From Octopus bimaculoides (lineage: Eukaryota): 64,000 nucleotides of DNA. The notes under the pieces are model-generated. The model searched no databases, had not been told where the DNA came from, and was given only the letters and a program-made list of their open reading frames with translations. Each line of letters opens with the position of its first letter. Position 1 is the first letter of the stretch. Below, piece after piece: positions 26,209-36,503 of the stretch. The DNA lies in the NCBI RefSeq assembly GCF_001194135.2, contig NC_068991.1:23520728-23584727 (forward strand). The letters run 5' to 3'. The position numbers were made by a program, and so were the translations under genes.

Positions 26209-28580
26209 GTTATTATTATTATCATAAAGGCAATGAGCTGGCAAAATCATTAGCATGCAGGGCAAAATGCTTAGTGGCATTTCATTCATCTTTACTTTCT
26301 GAGTTCAAATTCCACCAAAGGTTGACTTTGTCTTTCATATTTTGGGATTGATAAAATAAGTACCAGTTGAGCACTGGGGTCAATGTAATCAACTAGCCCC
26401 CTCCCCAACCCCCAAATTTCAGGCCTTGTGCCTATAATAGAAAGGATATTATTATTAGTAGTTTGACTTCTGCTTTGTATTTGTACAAGTTGACTCCAAG
26501 ATCTCACCCAGAAACCTCAAGAGACAACAAGTTAGAAGTTCAAGTTGGTGTTATGCCTAGGGTGTCATATATTTGGTTTTGTAGAAGGTATTGCTTTAGA
26601 GAATGTTTAAAAAAACATAAGAAAATTATAAGTTTGTTTTAAAATTTGAGGTTACATAGACAGTATTTTACGTAGGATATGGGCAGTTCCCATGAGCACT
26701 ATCTTTTGAATTTCTGCCATTTTGGGGTTTCCTGGTATCTGAGCTAGGTAGGAATCAGCCCCTTTTGCTAACGTTCCTAGGGCACCTATGACAACAGGTA
26801 TTGTTTTAGTCTTGAGGTTCCATATTTTGCCAATTTCTATTTCAAGATCTTTATACTTGCTCAGTTTTTGGTAGGTCTTGACAGATACATTTATGTTGAT
26901 TGAGACAGTCATATCAATGAGGAGGCATGATGTTTATCTGAAGTCCTTCAATATAATGTCTGGCCTATTTACATCGATCTTTCTGTCAGTTTGAACGGTG
27001 AAGTCCCAGAGGAGTGAAATGTTATCATTTTCAAGCACTGAAGGTGGTCTGTGTTCCCACCAGTTTTTATCATGGGGCAGGTCCAGGTTTTTGCAAATTA
27101 CCCAGTGAATATACTGTGCTGCTCTGTCATGCTTGTTGAGATACTCTGTAGGTGCAATAAGACTTCATATGGAGACAACATGATCAATGGTTTCATTTTG
27201 TTGTTTACATACATGACACGTTGGGCTACTGCCATTCTTTAATATGTTGGCCTGGAAGCTCCTTGTAGGTAGGCATTGATCTTGGGCTGCTATGACAAAC
27301 CCTTCTGTTTCCGATTTTAAACCAGAAGACACTAACCATTGATAGTAAGGACTTTGTCAACATTGGCATTATTAGCTCTCTTTGGGTATTTGCCATTGAG
27401 GGGTTTTTCTTGCTATTTATCAGTAAGAATATCTAAGGCAGCAGTTTTAACACAGGTTTTCATATGCTTAGCTTTTTCTGTGCTTGTTTCCAGTACATCT
27501 AATTCTGTGATTTGTTGTATTAGGAACTCACTTAGATATTCCTTTGCCTGTTTTGTTACTGAGTATGATGCTTTCTTGTTTTTGTGCTTTAAGACAAGTT
27601 TTAACATCCAGTCATCAGAGTTTTTCAGGTAGGTATTTAGGCCAATTGTGGCAATCTTCATTGTTAATTCCAGTTATAAAAGTCCACAGCTACCCTCTTT
27701 TCTTGGCAAGTAAACTCATTCTATATCTGCATTAGAGTGGTGCATTCTATGCATTGTCAACAATTTTCACATTTTCCGGTCAAGATTACACATTTCAGTA
27801 ATTGACCAGTTAATGATACTGAAACTGTAAGTCACAACCGGTATGACTAAAATATTGATTGCTTTGATCCTGTTTCTAGCATTCACCTCTGTCTTGAATA
27901 TTGCCCTTATCCTGTGATGACATTCTCTTCTGATCCTTTCTCTCATCATTGGATGTTTGATTCCATCACCTTCAAATATTATATTATTATTATTATTATT
28001 ATTGAGTGAGAGAGCAGCAAATGCCATCAAAGTAACACTGGGGTAAAATATACGAAGCCCAGTATACCTATCATGACTACCCGTCTGATAAGGGTACACC
28101 AGGCACATGCATCACAACCATACATGCATGACATGATGACCTTATATCAAGGTAAACAGTACATGACTTTGCAAGTTAGAATTTTCTTCAGGCTGAGTAG
28201 TCTATCCCACCTAAAAGGTGTCTGAATAAGGGTTGTTTAAGGATGTTGAACAAAATACCCATGTTTCCAGAGGTGAATTATTCAAACTCCAAAGAATTCC
28301 TCTCAACACATGGCTATGATGCTCCCCCACTACTACTGCTCGTGATCAGAGATGCACATATCATCAGCCACCAAGGGACATGCTCAACTAGTTATGATCA
28401 AACAACTGACAAGCAAATCTGTGGTATTGAGCAGAATATTTGCTATAGCCTGTCTTTTATACCAAAACAAAATAATGTACATAACACTTCCAATCAGTTA
28501 AGATCAGAAGCCATGAGGGCCAGTGCCTATCAGAAGCGATGCAGGCCATATTATTACTGTTATTATTATTATTATAATTT

Positions 28581-28611
<31 letters not shown>

Positions 28612-30286
28612 TATTATTATTATTATTGAGAATAATCCTTGTAGCAGTGTGGTAACAAGTTTGCTTCCCAACCACATGGTTCCAGGTTCATTCTCACTAT
28701 CTGGGACCTTTGGCAAGTGTTCTATCACTGCTTGACCTTAGCAGTTTGGTAAAAGAGACTTATAGAATAAGTATCAGGCTTTAGAAAAAAAAAAAGTACT
28801 GAGGGCAATTCATTCAACTAAATTCAGCATTGCTGCAGTCCAATGATTGAAACAAGTAAAAGACAAAAGATATATTATTATCATTTTTGTCTAATTAAGG
28901 CACAAGTCCAGCAATTTTGAGGGGAGGTGAGTAGAAGATACCATCAATCCAAGTATCGTACTTGTTTTTTTATCAACCCTGGTGGGTGGGGGTGAAGGGC
29001 AAAGCTGAATAGGGCAGGATAGAAGAAAAGGAAAAAAATTTAATACAAAAAGTAATATTACCTTTCAAAACATGCAAGTCTTGAAAAAGGCATATCTTCT
29101 GGTAATGGTTTGGATAACCAACAAGAAAAATATTTCCTTAAATCTAATTCTTTATCTGCAGCAAGCCTAGAAACATCAACATTTAGATTTTTGTCCAGTG
29201 CATGGATTAAAGTTTTACTTGCAGCACTGTAATTATCTGAAATAAAAGAACATTTGGGTATAAATTATGAAAGTTGTACAGTTTAAGAGTATATAAAAAA
29301 GGGAAACTGAAGAGCAAAATGACAAATAAGTACAGGCTTAGCTGTGTGGTTAAGAAGTTTGCTTCTCAACCATATGGTTTTAGGTTCAATCCCACAACAT
29401 GGCACCTTGGACAAGTGTCTTCTACTGTAGCTATGGGGACACCACAGCTTGAAGATACAGACATGGCTCTATGGTTAAGGAAGTTTGCTATCTGACCATG
29501 TGGTTTTGGGTTCAGTTCCACAGTGTGAAATCTTCTGCAAGTGTCTTCTACTATAAGCCCTGCACTGACCAAAGCTTGTAGGTCTATGGCTAAGGAAGTT
29601 TGCTTCCCAACTATGTGATTTTGGGTTCAGTCCCACAGCATGGCACACAATGATTGATCAATGATACAACACATAACAACTGATCAGTGACAAAAAGTAA
29701 TACTACATTTAATGATTGATAAATGATACAACATCAATGGTTGATCAATGATTGATCAGTGATACAATACTCCATGAATGATCAATGATACAATACACAG
29801 TTATAGAACAATGATACAACATACAATGACTGATTAGAGATATACTATATAATATCTAATGAATGATACAACACAGACTGTGACTGATCAAAAATTCAAC
29901 ATAAATCATTGATCAATGACACAAACATGATGATTGATCAATGATACAACAATGTTACAACACACATTGATTTATCAGTGAGACAATACACAATGATAGA
30001 TCAATAGTTGATTAATGATACAACATTCACAATGACAAACAGCAATACAACACACTGACCCCTGTAGCAAGATTTTAAATATTTTTCAACCATCTCGTTG
30101 CTTAATTTTCAGTGAATTTTAATGTGAATATTTAATGTTTAGATACTTACTAGGGAAAGCTGACACGATGAGCAAATCAACTTTGTCTTTCATCTCAAGA
30201 CTTGTGATGTCTCCCAGAAGAAGCTCAATTGTACAAGGACCTTGGATGGTTGGGAGGGACAAAGTTTCAACTGTCTTTAATCCCAT
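2279..30286 (-). CDS. Multi-exon gene: Macro-like + TIR x3 + acidic tail + CaaX protein, 1026 aa. Exons in transcript order: 30286-30151, 29236-29062, 25258-25144, 21624-21430, 20254-20067, 18036-17863, 16729-16485, 14057-13915, 11497-11300, 6749-6136, 5538-5460, 3097-2279
   Basis: Manual splicing. Every junction has AG/GT and the phases chain correctly (1,2,0,0,2,2,1,0,0,2,0). Lengths 136+175+115+195+188+174+245+143+198+614+79+819 = 3081 nt with no internal stop. Domain motifs run continuously across junctions. Extra small in-phase exons or upstream coding exons cannot be excluded. Confidence 0.85.
2818..2998 (-). repeat. Coding tandem repeat, 63-bp unit (NKNGKEVNKEGEEDEKEEKEK), about 3 copies
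   Basis: Near-identical units read directly from the sequence. Confidence 0.9.
3850..4600 (+). mobile_element. Decayed RTE-clade LINE reverse transcriptase
   Basis: YRGIKLLDQVMKV, GRSTIDAIFIARQLQ and AFVDLKKAFD motifs, with stops and frameshifts. Confidence 0.85.
5460..5538 (-). CDS. Coding exon 11: SSDNKENLVNLFNIRPEETQVLSLEE
   Basis: Acceptor tttatttcag, donor gtaagt. Phase 2 in, 0 out, matching both neighbours. Confidence 0.8.
6136..6749 (-). CDS. Coding exon 10, linker and divergent TIR3 (KILFCFAPQD...EEADVIVMFVCDDYFESSKSLEELNIAFNR...LPTFLTYFQILPY region)
   Basis: Inside the 233-aa ORF 6132..6833. Acceptor tatttcacag, donor gtaagt. Phase 0 in, 2 out. Confidence 0.85.
8470..9070 (-). mobile_element. 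CR1/L2-type LINE 3' fragment
   Basis: FFMLRITEAWNKLPTSVV...SFK is a typical C-terminus of CR1/L2 ORF2. Confidence 0.7.
9296..10597 (+). mobile_element. Near full-length Tc1 transposon with decayed transposase
   Basis: About 30-bp terminal inverted repeats (GGACAAAATAATGGAAACACCT core) flanked by TA. HTH region MAGTSVTKTAKMFGVSRSTV, plus FLDKSSF, FQDDNAAIH and SPDLNIIE motifs. Frameshifts present. Confidence 0.9.
11300..11497 (-). CDS. Coding exon 9, TIR2 C-terminal part and linker: TNPMVLVPVCIADVPSTPQWFGPLHMIDARGDCL...
   Basis: LVPV...P.W...ID completes TIR2. Acceptor catttcag, donor gtaaga. 198 nt, phase 0/0. Confidence 0.85.
13915..14057 (-). CDS. Coding exon 8, TIR2 core: GSDWQQSIYKALECSKCCVILIAPAYFESLMCQEEFSIAIALSISEES
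   Basis: G.DW..I..AL and Y..S..C..E TIR motifs. Acceptor catttcag, donor gtgaga. Phase 1 in, 0 out. Confidence 0.9.
15687..15842 (+). mobile_element. tRNA-derived SINE family A (GTGGCTGTGTGGTAAG...GAAACTGAAAGAAGCC). Other copies: + near 19480, 24278, 48556, 60035; - near 5622, 7147, 10607, 33855, 40305, 41983
   Basis: Many similar copies with box A/B-like heads, usually followed by (TA)n or (TG)n. Confidence 0.85.
16485..16729 (-). CDS. Coding exon 7, linker and TIR2 N-terminal part (...TYDIFVSYPTKNTEEMKIVYEILTEHNSDLKIFYDKMELETG)
   Basis: YDIFVSY beta-A motif and IFYD beta-B motif. Overlaps ORF 16441..16683. Acceptor tactttag, donor gtatgg. Phase 2 in, 1 out. Confidence 0.9.
16938..17530. 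repeat. Local tandem duplication of about 280 bp (16938-17215 and 17216-about 17530)
   Basis: Both copies start ACTAATTTTCAAAAGAAAAA and align closely throughout. Confidence 0.85.
17863..18036 (-). CDS. Coding exon 6, TIR1 C-terminal half: IVIILTTSYLSSKFCQDEFNMALCYRRQAEDVILVPLYTETMENLPPVISNIQYMDC
   Basis: Typical TIR_2 pattern S..Y..S..C..E..A, LVPLY, LP, IQY.D. Acceptor ccaacag, donor gtaagt. Phase 2/2. Confidence 0.9.
19342..19470. repeat. 26-bp minisatellite (AAAAATATCATTATATTAAATATATT), about 5 copies
   Basis: Direct inspection. Confidence 0.9.
20067..20254 (-). CDS. Coding exon 5, TIR1 N-terminal half: ISKKNHGNDVYISYCNTDSKKANLLKASLEKNNPNISIFNKRIKVDQDVWPEKVYSCMFGCK
   Basis: DVYISY is the TIR beta-A motif. 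Acceptor ttttttacag, donor gtaatt. Phase 0 in, 2 out. Confidence 0.85.
21430..21624 (-). CDS. Coding exon 4, end of Macro-like domain: GFGYIPVLNTMVESACNWMKIGLPLKCLKIVLHTSDINEISNSNKKCLERFKVLKKTWEKSTLSK
   Basis: Acceptor ttttgtag, donor gtaata. 195 nt, phase 0/0, open. Confidence 0.85.
22100..23850 (-). mobile_element. Decayed non-LTR retrotransposon of the restriction-like endonuclease (R4/Dong-like) type
   Basis: YRYLGIDE, DIDRLCLRRDKGGR and DIVVWDRQEKVCAVTEVSCP motifs. Confidence 0.8.
22498..22881 (-). mobile_element. Full-length tRNA-derived SINE with 13-bp target-site duplication, inserted into an RLE-type LINE. A related copy is at about 41190-41470
   Basis: Head GGAGGCGCAATGGCCCAGTGGTTAGGG. 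Flanks ATGTTGTCCACAG (22485-22497) and ATGTCGTCCACAG (22882-22894). Confidence 0.85.
25144..25258 (-). CDS. Coding exon 3, Macro-like domain: NLGSSIHDQIGDMFRGFMPIFNSQDTTVITPLLGTGNQ
   Basis: Acceptor tgttacag, donor gtaagt. PLLGTG matches the Macro diphosphate-binding loop. Phase 2 in, 0 out. Confidence 0.85.
25573..25941 (+). mobile_element. Penelope-like element GIY-YIG endonuclease fragment
   Basis: LVYTTEC..HNLIYVGCT..QLNKRFNRH...E.K...L.P.GMN matches the Penelope GIY-YIG domain. Confidence 0.8.
26450..27985 (-). mobile_element. 5'-truncated RLE-type (R4/Dong-like) LINE with 3' end
   Basis: KLSKYKDLEIEI...IPVVIGALG...IQKIVLMGTAHILRK C-terminus, RT fragments upstream, (AAT)n tail. Confidence 0.85.
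29062..29236 (-). CDS. Coding exon 2, Macro-like domain: NNYSAASKTLIHALDKNLNVDVSRLAADKELDLRKYFSCWLSKPLPEDMPFSRLACFE
   Basis: Acceptor ttttatttcag, donor gtaata. Phase 1 in, phase 2 out, open frame of 175 nt. Not in the ORF track. Confidence 0.85.
29647..30055. repeat. Degenerate minisatellite built on TGATCAATGATACAAC
   Basis: The motif recurs many times with variation. Confidence 0.8.
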
Positions 30287-30298
30287 TGTTGCAGTTTC
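30151..30298 (-). CDS. Coding exon 1 (ATG at 30286): start of Macro-like domain, MGLKTVETLSLPTIQGPCTIELLLGDITSLEMKDKVDLLIVSAFP
   Basis: Acceptor ttttattcag, donor gtaagt, ATG in ACAATGG context, Macro GDIT motif. The 12 nt before the ATG are open, so an upstream start is possible. Confidence 0.85.
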
Positions 30299-30733
30299 CT
30301 GAATAAAAAAAAAAAAAGAGAGAGAGATTCTAATTAATTGGGCAGTGACACAGCATTGTTTAGGATTTGGAGATAAATCTCTCAACATCAGCATTAGAAG
30401 CAGCAGCAGCAGCACCACCACCACTACTGCCGTCACCGCTGTTGCCACCACTACCATCACTGTCATCATCATCATCATTACTGTTGTCATCATTACCACT
30501 ACCACTGCCGTCACCGCCACAGTAAAAGTGTTATGTAACTGTGCATATGTGGGTGCATATATATCTATCAATATATGTATGCGCTTGCAGATCTATGTCT
30601 ATATGTTTACTTTAATATCTGTTTGTAAGTGTATCTATATATATCCCAACATGCCTATATATGTATTAAATTATTTATAATCTACTGCATGTGTATGAGT
30701 TTATTAGTACGGGCATACATGAATGTATATGCA

Positions 30734-30769
<36 letters not shown>

Positions 30770-31344
30770 TGTATGTATATACAGATATGTTTTAATTGGT
30801 ATGTATCAATGTGTATGTAGCTGAGCATATGTATATGTGTGCGTGTGTATATGTATGTACATATGTATATGGGTGCATATGCATATCTATATACTTTTCT
30901 ACTTGTGTATATATACGTGTATAAACACATATACACATGCGTATATACATGTGTATTTATAGGTATATGATAATAAATTTTTTTTGTGCTTATACACTTG
31001 TATGCATCCATCCATGCACATTATTGCCTATAATATATATATGCAATTACTTTAATATAAAGTATTGTATTTCCAATTGTTAAATATGCATATTTTGTAT
31101 ATGCATAAATCTATGTGCATGTTGTGTAGCCAGATATTTTTGCACGTATGTATGGAAGTATATTTGAGTATATATAAATTATACATTAGTATCTTGTTAT
31201 GCTGCCCTCTATCTATATATGCAAATATTTATTTATTATTTTATAAATTTTATAAATTTTTTTTATATATATTATTTTACCAACAAGTTCTTATAATTCT
31301 TTTTATAACTATTCTATTTTCATTGAATATTGGCAGAGTACATA

Positions 31345-31985
31345 TACACACACACACAGGTGGCCTCATCTTCTTTACCACCAGATGTGTCCCATTGCAA
31401 AGTGTTGGTGGATCCAAATTCCTTAATAACATTACTGGAGTACCTACTTTAAGTTCCAATCTGTTGGGGGAGTAGTCCTGGAGGCTCCAGTGAATTGAGA
31501 AATTCTGTTGGATAGTTTACCACCTCTTCTGGATCTGGGATTGTATCAACTGACTTATAGATGTGAGAACTTCTAAGAAGGTACTGCAACAGCTGCTCAT
31601 TAATTTTACTTACAGTGCTATTTTTTGGAGCCAGTATTATTCTTTCACACAGCCAACTGAAATTGCGATAATTTCTTGACAAATGGATGTAAGGGAGACA
31701 ATCAATTTCTGAAAGTTACTTCACAAAGAGTTATCTCCCTTCTCCATGTAACCCAAGAATGGTGCTTTCTGCTCCCAGAGGGCCCATTACTCATTAAGTG
31801 AAGACACACACACACAGGTGGCCTCATCTTCTTTACCACCAGATGTGTCCCATTGCAAAGTGTTGGTGGATCCAAATTCCTTAATAACATTACTGGAGTA
31901 CCTACTTTAAGTTCCAATCTGTTGGGGGAGTAGTCCTGGAGGCTCCAGTGAATTGAGAAATTCTGTTGGATAGTTTACCACCTCT
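31345..31985 (-). mobile_element. Helitron Pif1-helicase fragment, partly duplicated
   Basis: ERIILAPKN..V..IN, YPTEFLNSLEPPGLLP and LKVGTPVMLLRNLDPPTLCNGT motifs. Confidence 0.85.
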
Positions 31986-33261
31986 NNNNNNNNNNNNNNN
32001 NNNNNNNNNNNNNNNNNNNNNNNNNNNNNNNNNNNNNNNNNNNNNNNNNNNNNNNNNNNNNNNNNNNNNNNNNNNNNNNNNNNNNNNNNNNNNNNNNNNN
32101 NNNNNNNNNNNNNNNNNNNNNNNNNNNNNNNNNNNNNNNNNNNNNNNNNNNNNNNNNNNNNNNNNNNNNNNNNNNNNNNNNNNNNNNNNNNNNNNNNNNN
32201 NNNNNNNNNNNNNNNNNNNNNNNNNNNNNNNNNNNNNNNNNNNNNNNNNNNNNNNNNNNNNNNNNNNNNNNNNNNNNNNNNNNNNNNNNNNNNNNNNNNN
32301 NNNNNNNNNNNNNNNNNNNNNNNNNNNNNNNNNNNNNNNNNNNNNNNNNNNNNNNNNNNNNNNNNNNNNNNNNNNNNNNNNNNNNNNNNNNNNNNNNNNN
32401 NNNNNNNNNNNNNNNNNNNNNNNNNNNNNNNNNNNNNNNNNNNNNNNNNNNNNNNNNNNNNNNNNNNNNNNNNNNNNNNNNNNNNNNNNNNNNNNNNNNN
32501 NNNNNNNNNNNNNNNNNNNNNNNNNNNNNNNNNNNNNNNNNNNNNNNNNNNNNNNNNNNNNNNNNNNNNNNNNNNNNATATATATATATATATATGTATA
32601 TATATATGTGTGTGTATGTGTGTATGTGTGTGTGTGTGTGTGTGTATATGTATATATATATATATCAGCTCAACAGGGAAGATGTATTGTTCTCTGCCTC
32701 CTGTCCAGACTTGTTTCTTCGCGTTCGCCACCATAACCTCGTTTAGGCTTAGCAACCTTCCTGTTTGTTTTCACTGTCCTGTTTTTGTCACCATCTTGAC
32801 TCTCTGCAAGATCGCAAATTTTATTTAATTTGCTTTGTGGGAGCAACTGTTTTATCAGAGGTGTATCTTGTCATAAATTGCTCGAAATACGGATTAGCAA
32901 AACAGCTGACAACTGATGAAGGGTCGTTCCTTGTGTTGTGACATCCTGTGTCCACATATGCATATGTATATATGTAAACATGTAAGTATGTACATATATG
33001 TATGTATATATGCATATATATATATATATATATATATANNNNNNNNNNNNNNNNNNNNNNNNNNNNNNNNNNNNNNNNNNNNNNNNNNNNNNNNNNNNNN
33101 NNNNNNNNNNNNNNNNNNNNNNNNNNNNNNNNNNNNNNNNNNNNNNNNNNNNNNNNNNNNNNNNNNNNNNNNTTTCTAATTGATGTATCAATACCAGCAG
33201 ATGACAACGTCTCTCTAAAAGAAATGGAAAAACTTTCAAAATACAAAGACCTGGAAATAGA

Positions 33262-33581
33262 GGCACATGGCTTAGTGGTTAGGGCATTCGGCTCACAATC
33301 ATAAGGTCATGAGTTCAATTCCCGGTGATGCATTGTGTCCTTGAGCAAGACACTTTATTTCACGTTGCTCCAGTCAACTCAGCTGGCAAAAATGAGTAGT
33401 ACTTGTATTTTAAAGGGCCAGCCTTGTCACACTTTGTGTCATGCTGAATCTCCCTGAGAGCTACGTTAAGGGTACATGTGTCTGTGGAATGCTCAGCCAC
33501 TTTCATGTTAGTTTCACAAGCAAGCTGTTCTGTTGATCATATCAGCTGGGACCCTTGTCGTCGTAACTGACGGAGTGCTCT

Positions 33582-33585
<4 letters not shown>
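33262..33585 (+). mobile_element. tRNA/CORE-type SINE (TGTGTCCTTGAGCAAGACACTT core). Related copies near 15596-16410, 20400-20700 (-) and 55005-55320
   Basis: tRNA-like head GGCACATGGCTTAGTGGTTAGG and a conserved central domain seen in several copies. Confidence 0.75.
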
Positions 33586-33614
<29 letters not shown>

Positions 33615-36468
33615 ATGGATGTATTCTTTTATTTTTTTACTTGTTTCAGTCATTTTGACTGTGGCCATGCTGGAGCACCGCCTACTGTTTTTTTTTGTAA
33701 GCCTGGTACCTATTTTATCAGTCTCTTTTGCTGAACCACCAAGTTACAGGGATGTAAATACACCGACATCGGTTGTCAAGCGATGGTGTTGGGGGACAAA
33801 TATAGGCACAAACACACAAGTATATACATACATACATATATATATGACAGTATCCGTCTACCAAATCCACTCACAAGATTTTGGTCAGCTTGAGGCAATA
33901 GTAGAAGACACTTGCCCAAGGTGCCATGCAGTGGGACTGAACTCCAAACCATGTGGCTGGGAAGCTGGTAAGTGGGAAGGCTGCACCAGACTCCAGACTG
34001 ATTTGGCATGGTTTTCTACAGTTGTATGTACTTCCCAACACCAACCACTCTGAGAGTGTAATGGGTGCTTTTACATGCCACCAGCATCGGTGCCATTTGT
34101 GTGACAACAGTATCTACCATGACAGCAATTTTTCTCGGCTTAATGAGTCTTCTACTCAAGCATGATAAATGTCAAAGGTGTTACTTAGGATACTGCTCAG
34201 TGGGATGAAGCCCAGAACCTCAGGTTTGTAATACAAGCTTCTTAAACATACAGCTATGCCCTGATAATTCAATAATATCATGAAGGTGTCAAGCTGGCAG
34301 AAACGTTAGCACGCCAGGCGAAATGCTTAGTGGTATTTCGTCTGCTGTTACGTTCTGAGTTCAAATTTCGCAGGGGTCGATAAATTAAGTACCAGTTACA
34401 CACTGGGGTAGGTGTAATCAACTTAATCCCTTAGTCTGTCCTTGCTTGTCCCCTCTATGTTTAGCCCCTTGTGGGCAATAAAGAAAGAAGAAATGTTAGC
34501 CCGTTGAGCAAAATCCTTAGTAGCATTTCATCTGTCTTTACATTCTGAATTCAAATGACACCAGGGTCAACTCTGCCTTTCATCATTTTGGGGTCAAGGG
34601 TCAATGTAATCAACTTACCCCTTACCCCGAAACTGCTGGCCTCATCAAAATTTGAAACCAAATTTTGATTGAATCATACTTGCATCCAATTGGATAAGTG
34701 TGAAAATTTTTCTCTAAAATCCTTAACTTCATAGATTCTTAATATAGTCCGTCTTAGGAAAGGCCATTCTTCATATCAAGTGAGCAGATTCTTAGATAAC
34801 ATTCCAAAACACAATAGATTTATTTGAAGAATAGATAAATAGGTTAAACACATATATTAACCCTTTTGATACCACATTTCTGTTAATTTTAATAACTGAA
34901 GAATATATGAAAATAAACTTTACTATTATTTAAGCGGGTGTCTGAAAACATAAATTAACATGAAATTTTGATGGAAGATTTTAATTTACATCACTTTAAT
35001 ACAGCAAGTTAGTATCATATAACCATTGCCGGTTTCAGGCAGTTTGTTATCAAAAACTTCAAAGAAACTTACATTAAAGGCCTCTCTCTTTCTACTTTTG
35101 CTGGGTGTTGATGTTATTCTTAAAGTTGTCGCTGTTGTTGTAGTTATTGTTTAACCACAGGCAAAGTTTTCTTTCCAGATTTTATGTACTCTGAACTACA
35201 TTGTATGTTCCAATGTCACTATTTTTTTTCTGTGATGGTAAGATTTAATTTGAGGACAATTTGGGTGCTATTTCCAGCAAAACAAACAACCACATACAGG
35301 TCTAATTTTTCTCTTGTCTTTTTGTTGTTGCTGTCTTTTTTTTTTCTTTGTAAATAGTTATATTAAATTGAGATGGTTGAAATATTGTGATCTGATAGAT
35401 TTGATGATGTAATGTAATTCACTTGTTGTTTAACTCTAAGCGAGTATTCATTTAGAGAGAGAGAGAACTATGAAGATCAAAACCATTCCAGCCATGACCA
35501 TCCTGGACTTTTTCTTGGGCACACATTCTAACTACCTTATCAACATTTTCCCTTCATGGAGAAGGTAGTGTGAGTTAAGGTTAAGTGATTTGGCTGCTAT
35601 TTTTAGCAAACTTTGTGACTATGAAGAGACTTCCTCCTTGACTCATAACATAATTTAGTGTAACAGAGCAAAGTATGAAATTTAGTTACGGTAGTAGTTT
35701 AGCCCCAGGTCAGCTTTGATCAAGCAGACCGATGATCAAATGGCAATCTCACAATGACCATCTTGCCTTTTTAGTATTTCAGACAGTGTACCAAAGACCA
35801 CAATATCCAACGTGTCTTTTCTTCTTTTTTAAAGACCCTGCAGTGTGATTTGAGGGAGATTTGGCTGCTATTTCTACCAGGTCGAGTGACCATGCAGTGG
35901 CTCCCTCACCAATTTGTTGTTGCAAATAAAATCCTGACTGAGCAGACTTATGATCAAAAGTATACCAGCTTTGACCATCCCGTCTCTGTTTTCCTATGTG
36001 CAGGAATCCCAGAGCCACATAACCTTACCCAACATATCCTTTGAAGATAGCAAGGAGTGATTTGGAAGAGAATTGCTGTTATTTCTAGCAGATTAAGTGA
36101 CCGTGAAGAGGTTCCCTCAGCTCATTGCTGGCCCATATAGAAAGTAAAGTGGTCAATAGTCTTACCATAATTTAATGATGTAAGAAAGCAGTGGAACACT
36201 TCCAATATTTTTAAGTTGACAAAAACAGCTTACGTCTCTGGACCATAACTTATTGCAATATTACGATTGTTCAATCTTCTGTTTTTCAATTTGTAGAAGT
36301 GTAATCTTTTAGTTTTCTGTTTTCTCTCACCCTCTCTCTTTCTCTGCACCATGAAAAGGCAAGAATGTTGCCACCATGTTGTTGTAAATAGTCTTTAGGA
36401 ATGTATGTGAGTGAATGTGTGCTATATATGTATATATGTAAGTTTATATATATATATGGATGGATGGA

Positions 36469-36503
<35 letters not shown>

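Noticed and set aside
31805-31985. Apparently identical second copy of the Helitron fragment at 31345-31528
   Set aside because: It looks 100% identical and abuts an N gap, so it is most likely an assembly overlap artefact.
33262-33335. tRNA-like sequences with box A/B here and at many other sites
   Set aside because: They are SINE heads continuing into SINE bodies, with no complete cloverleaf.
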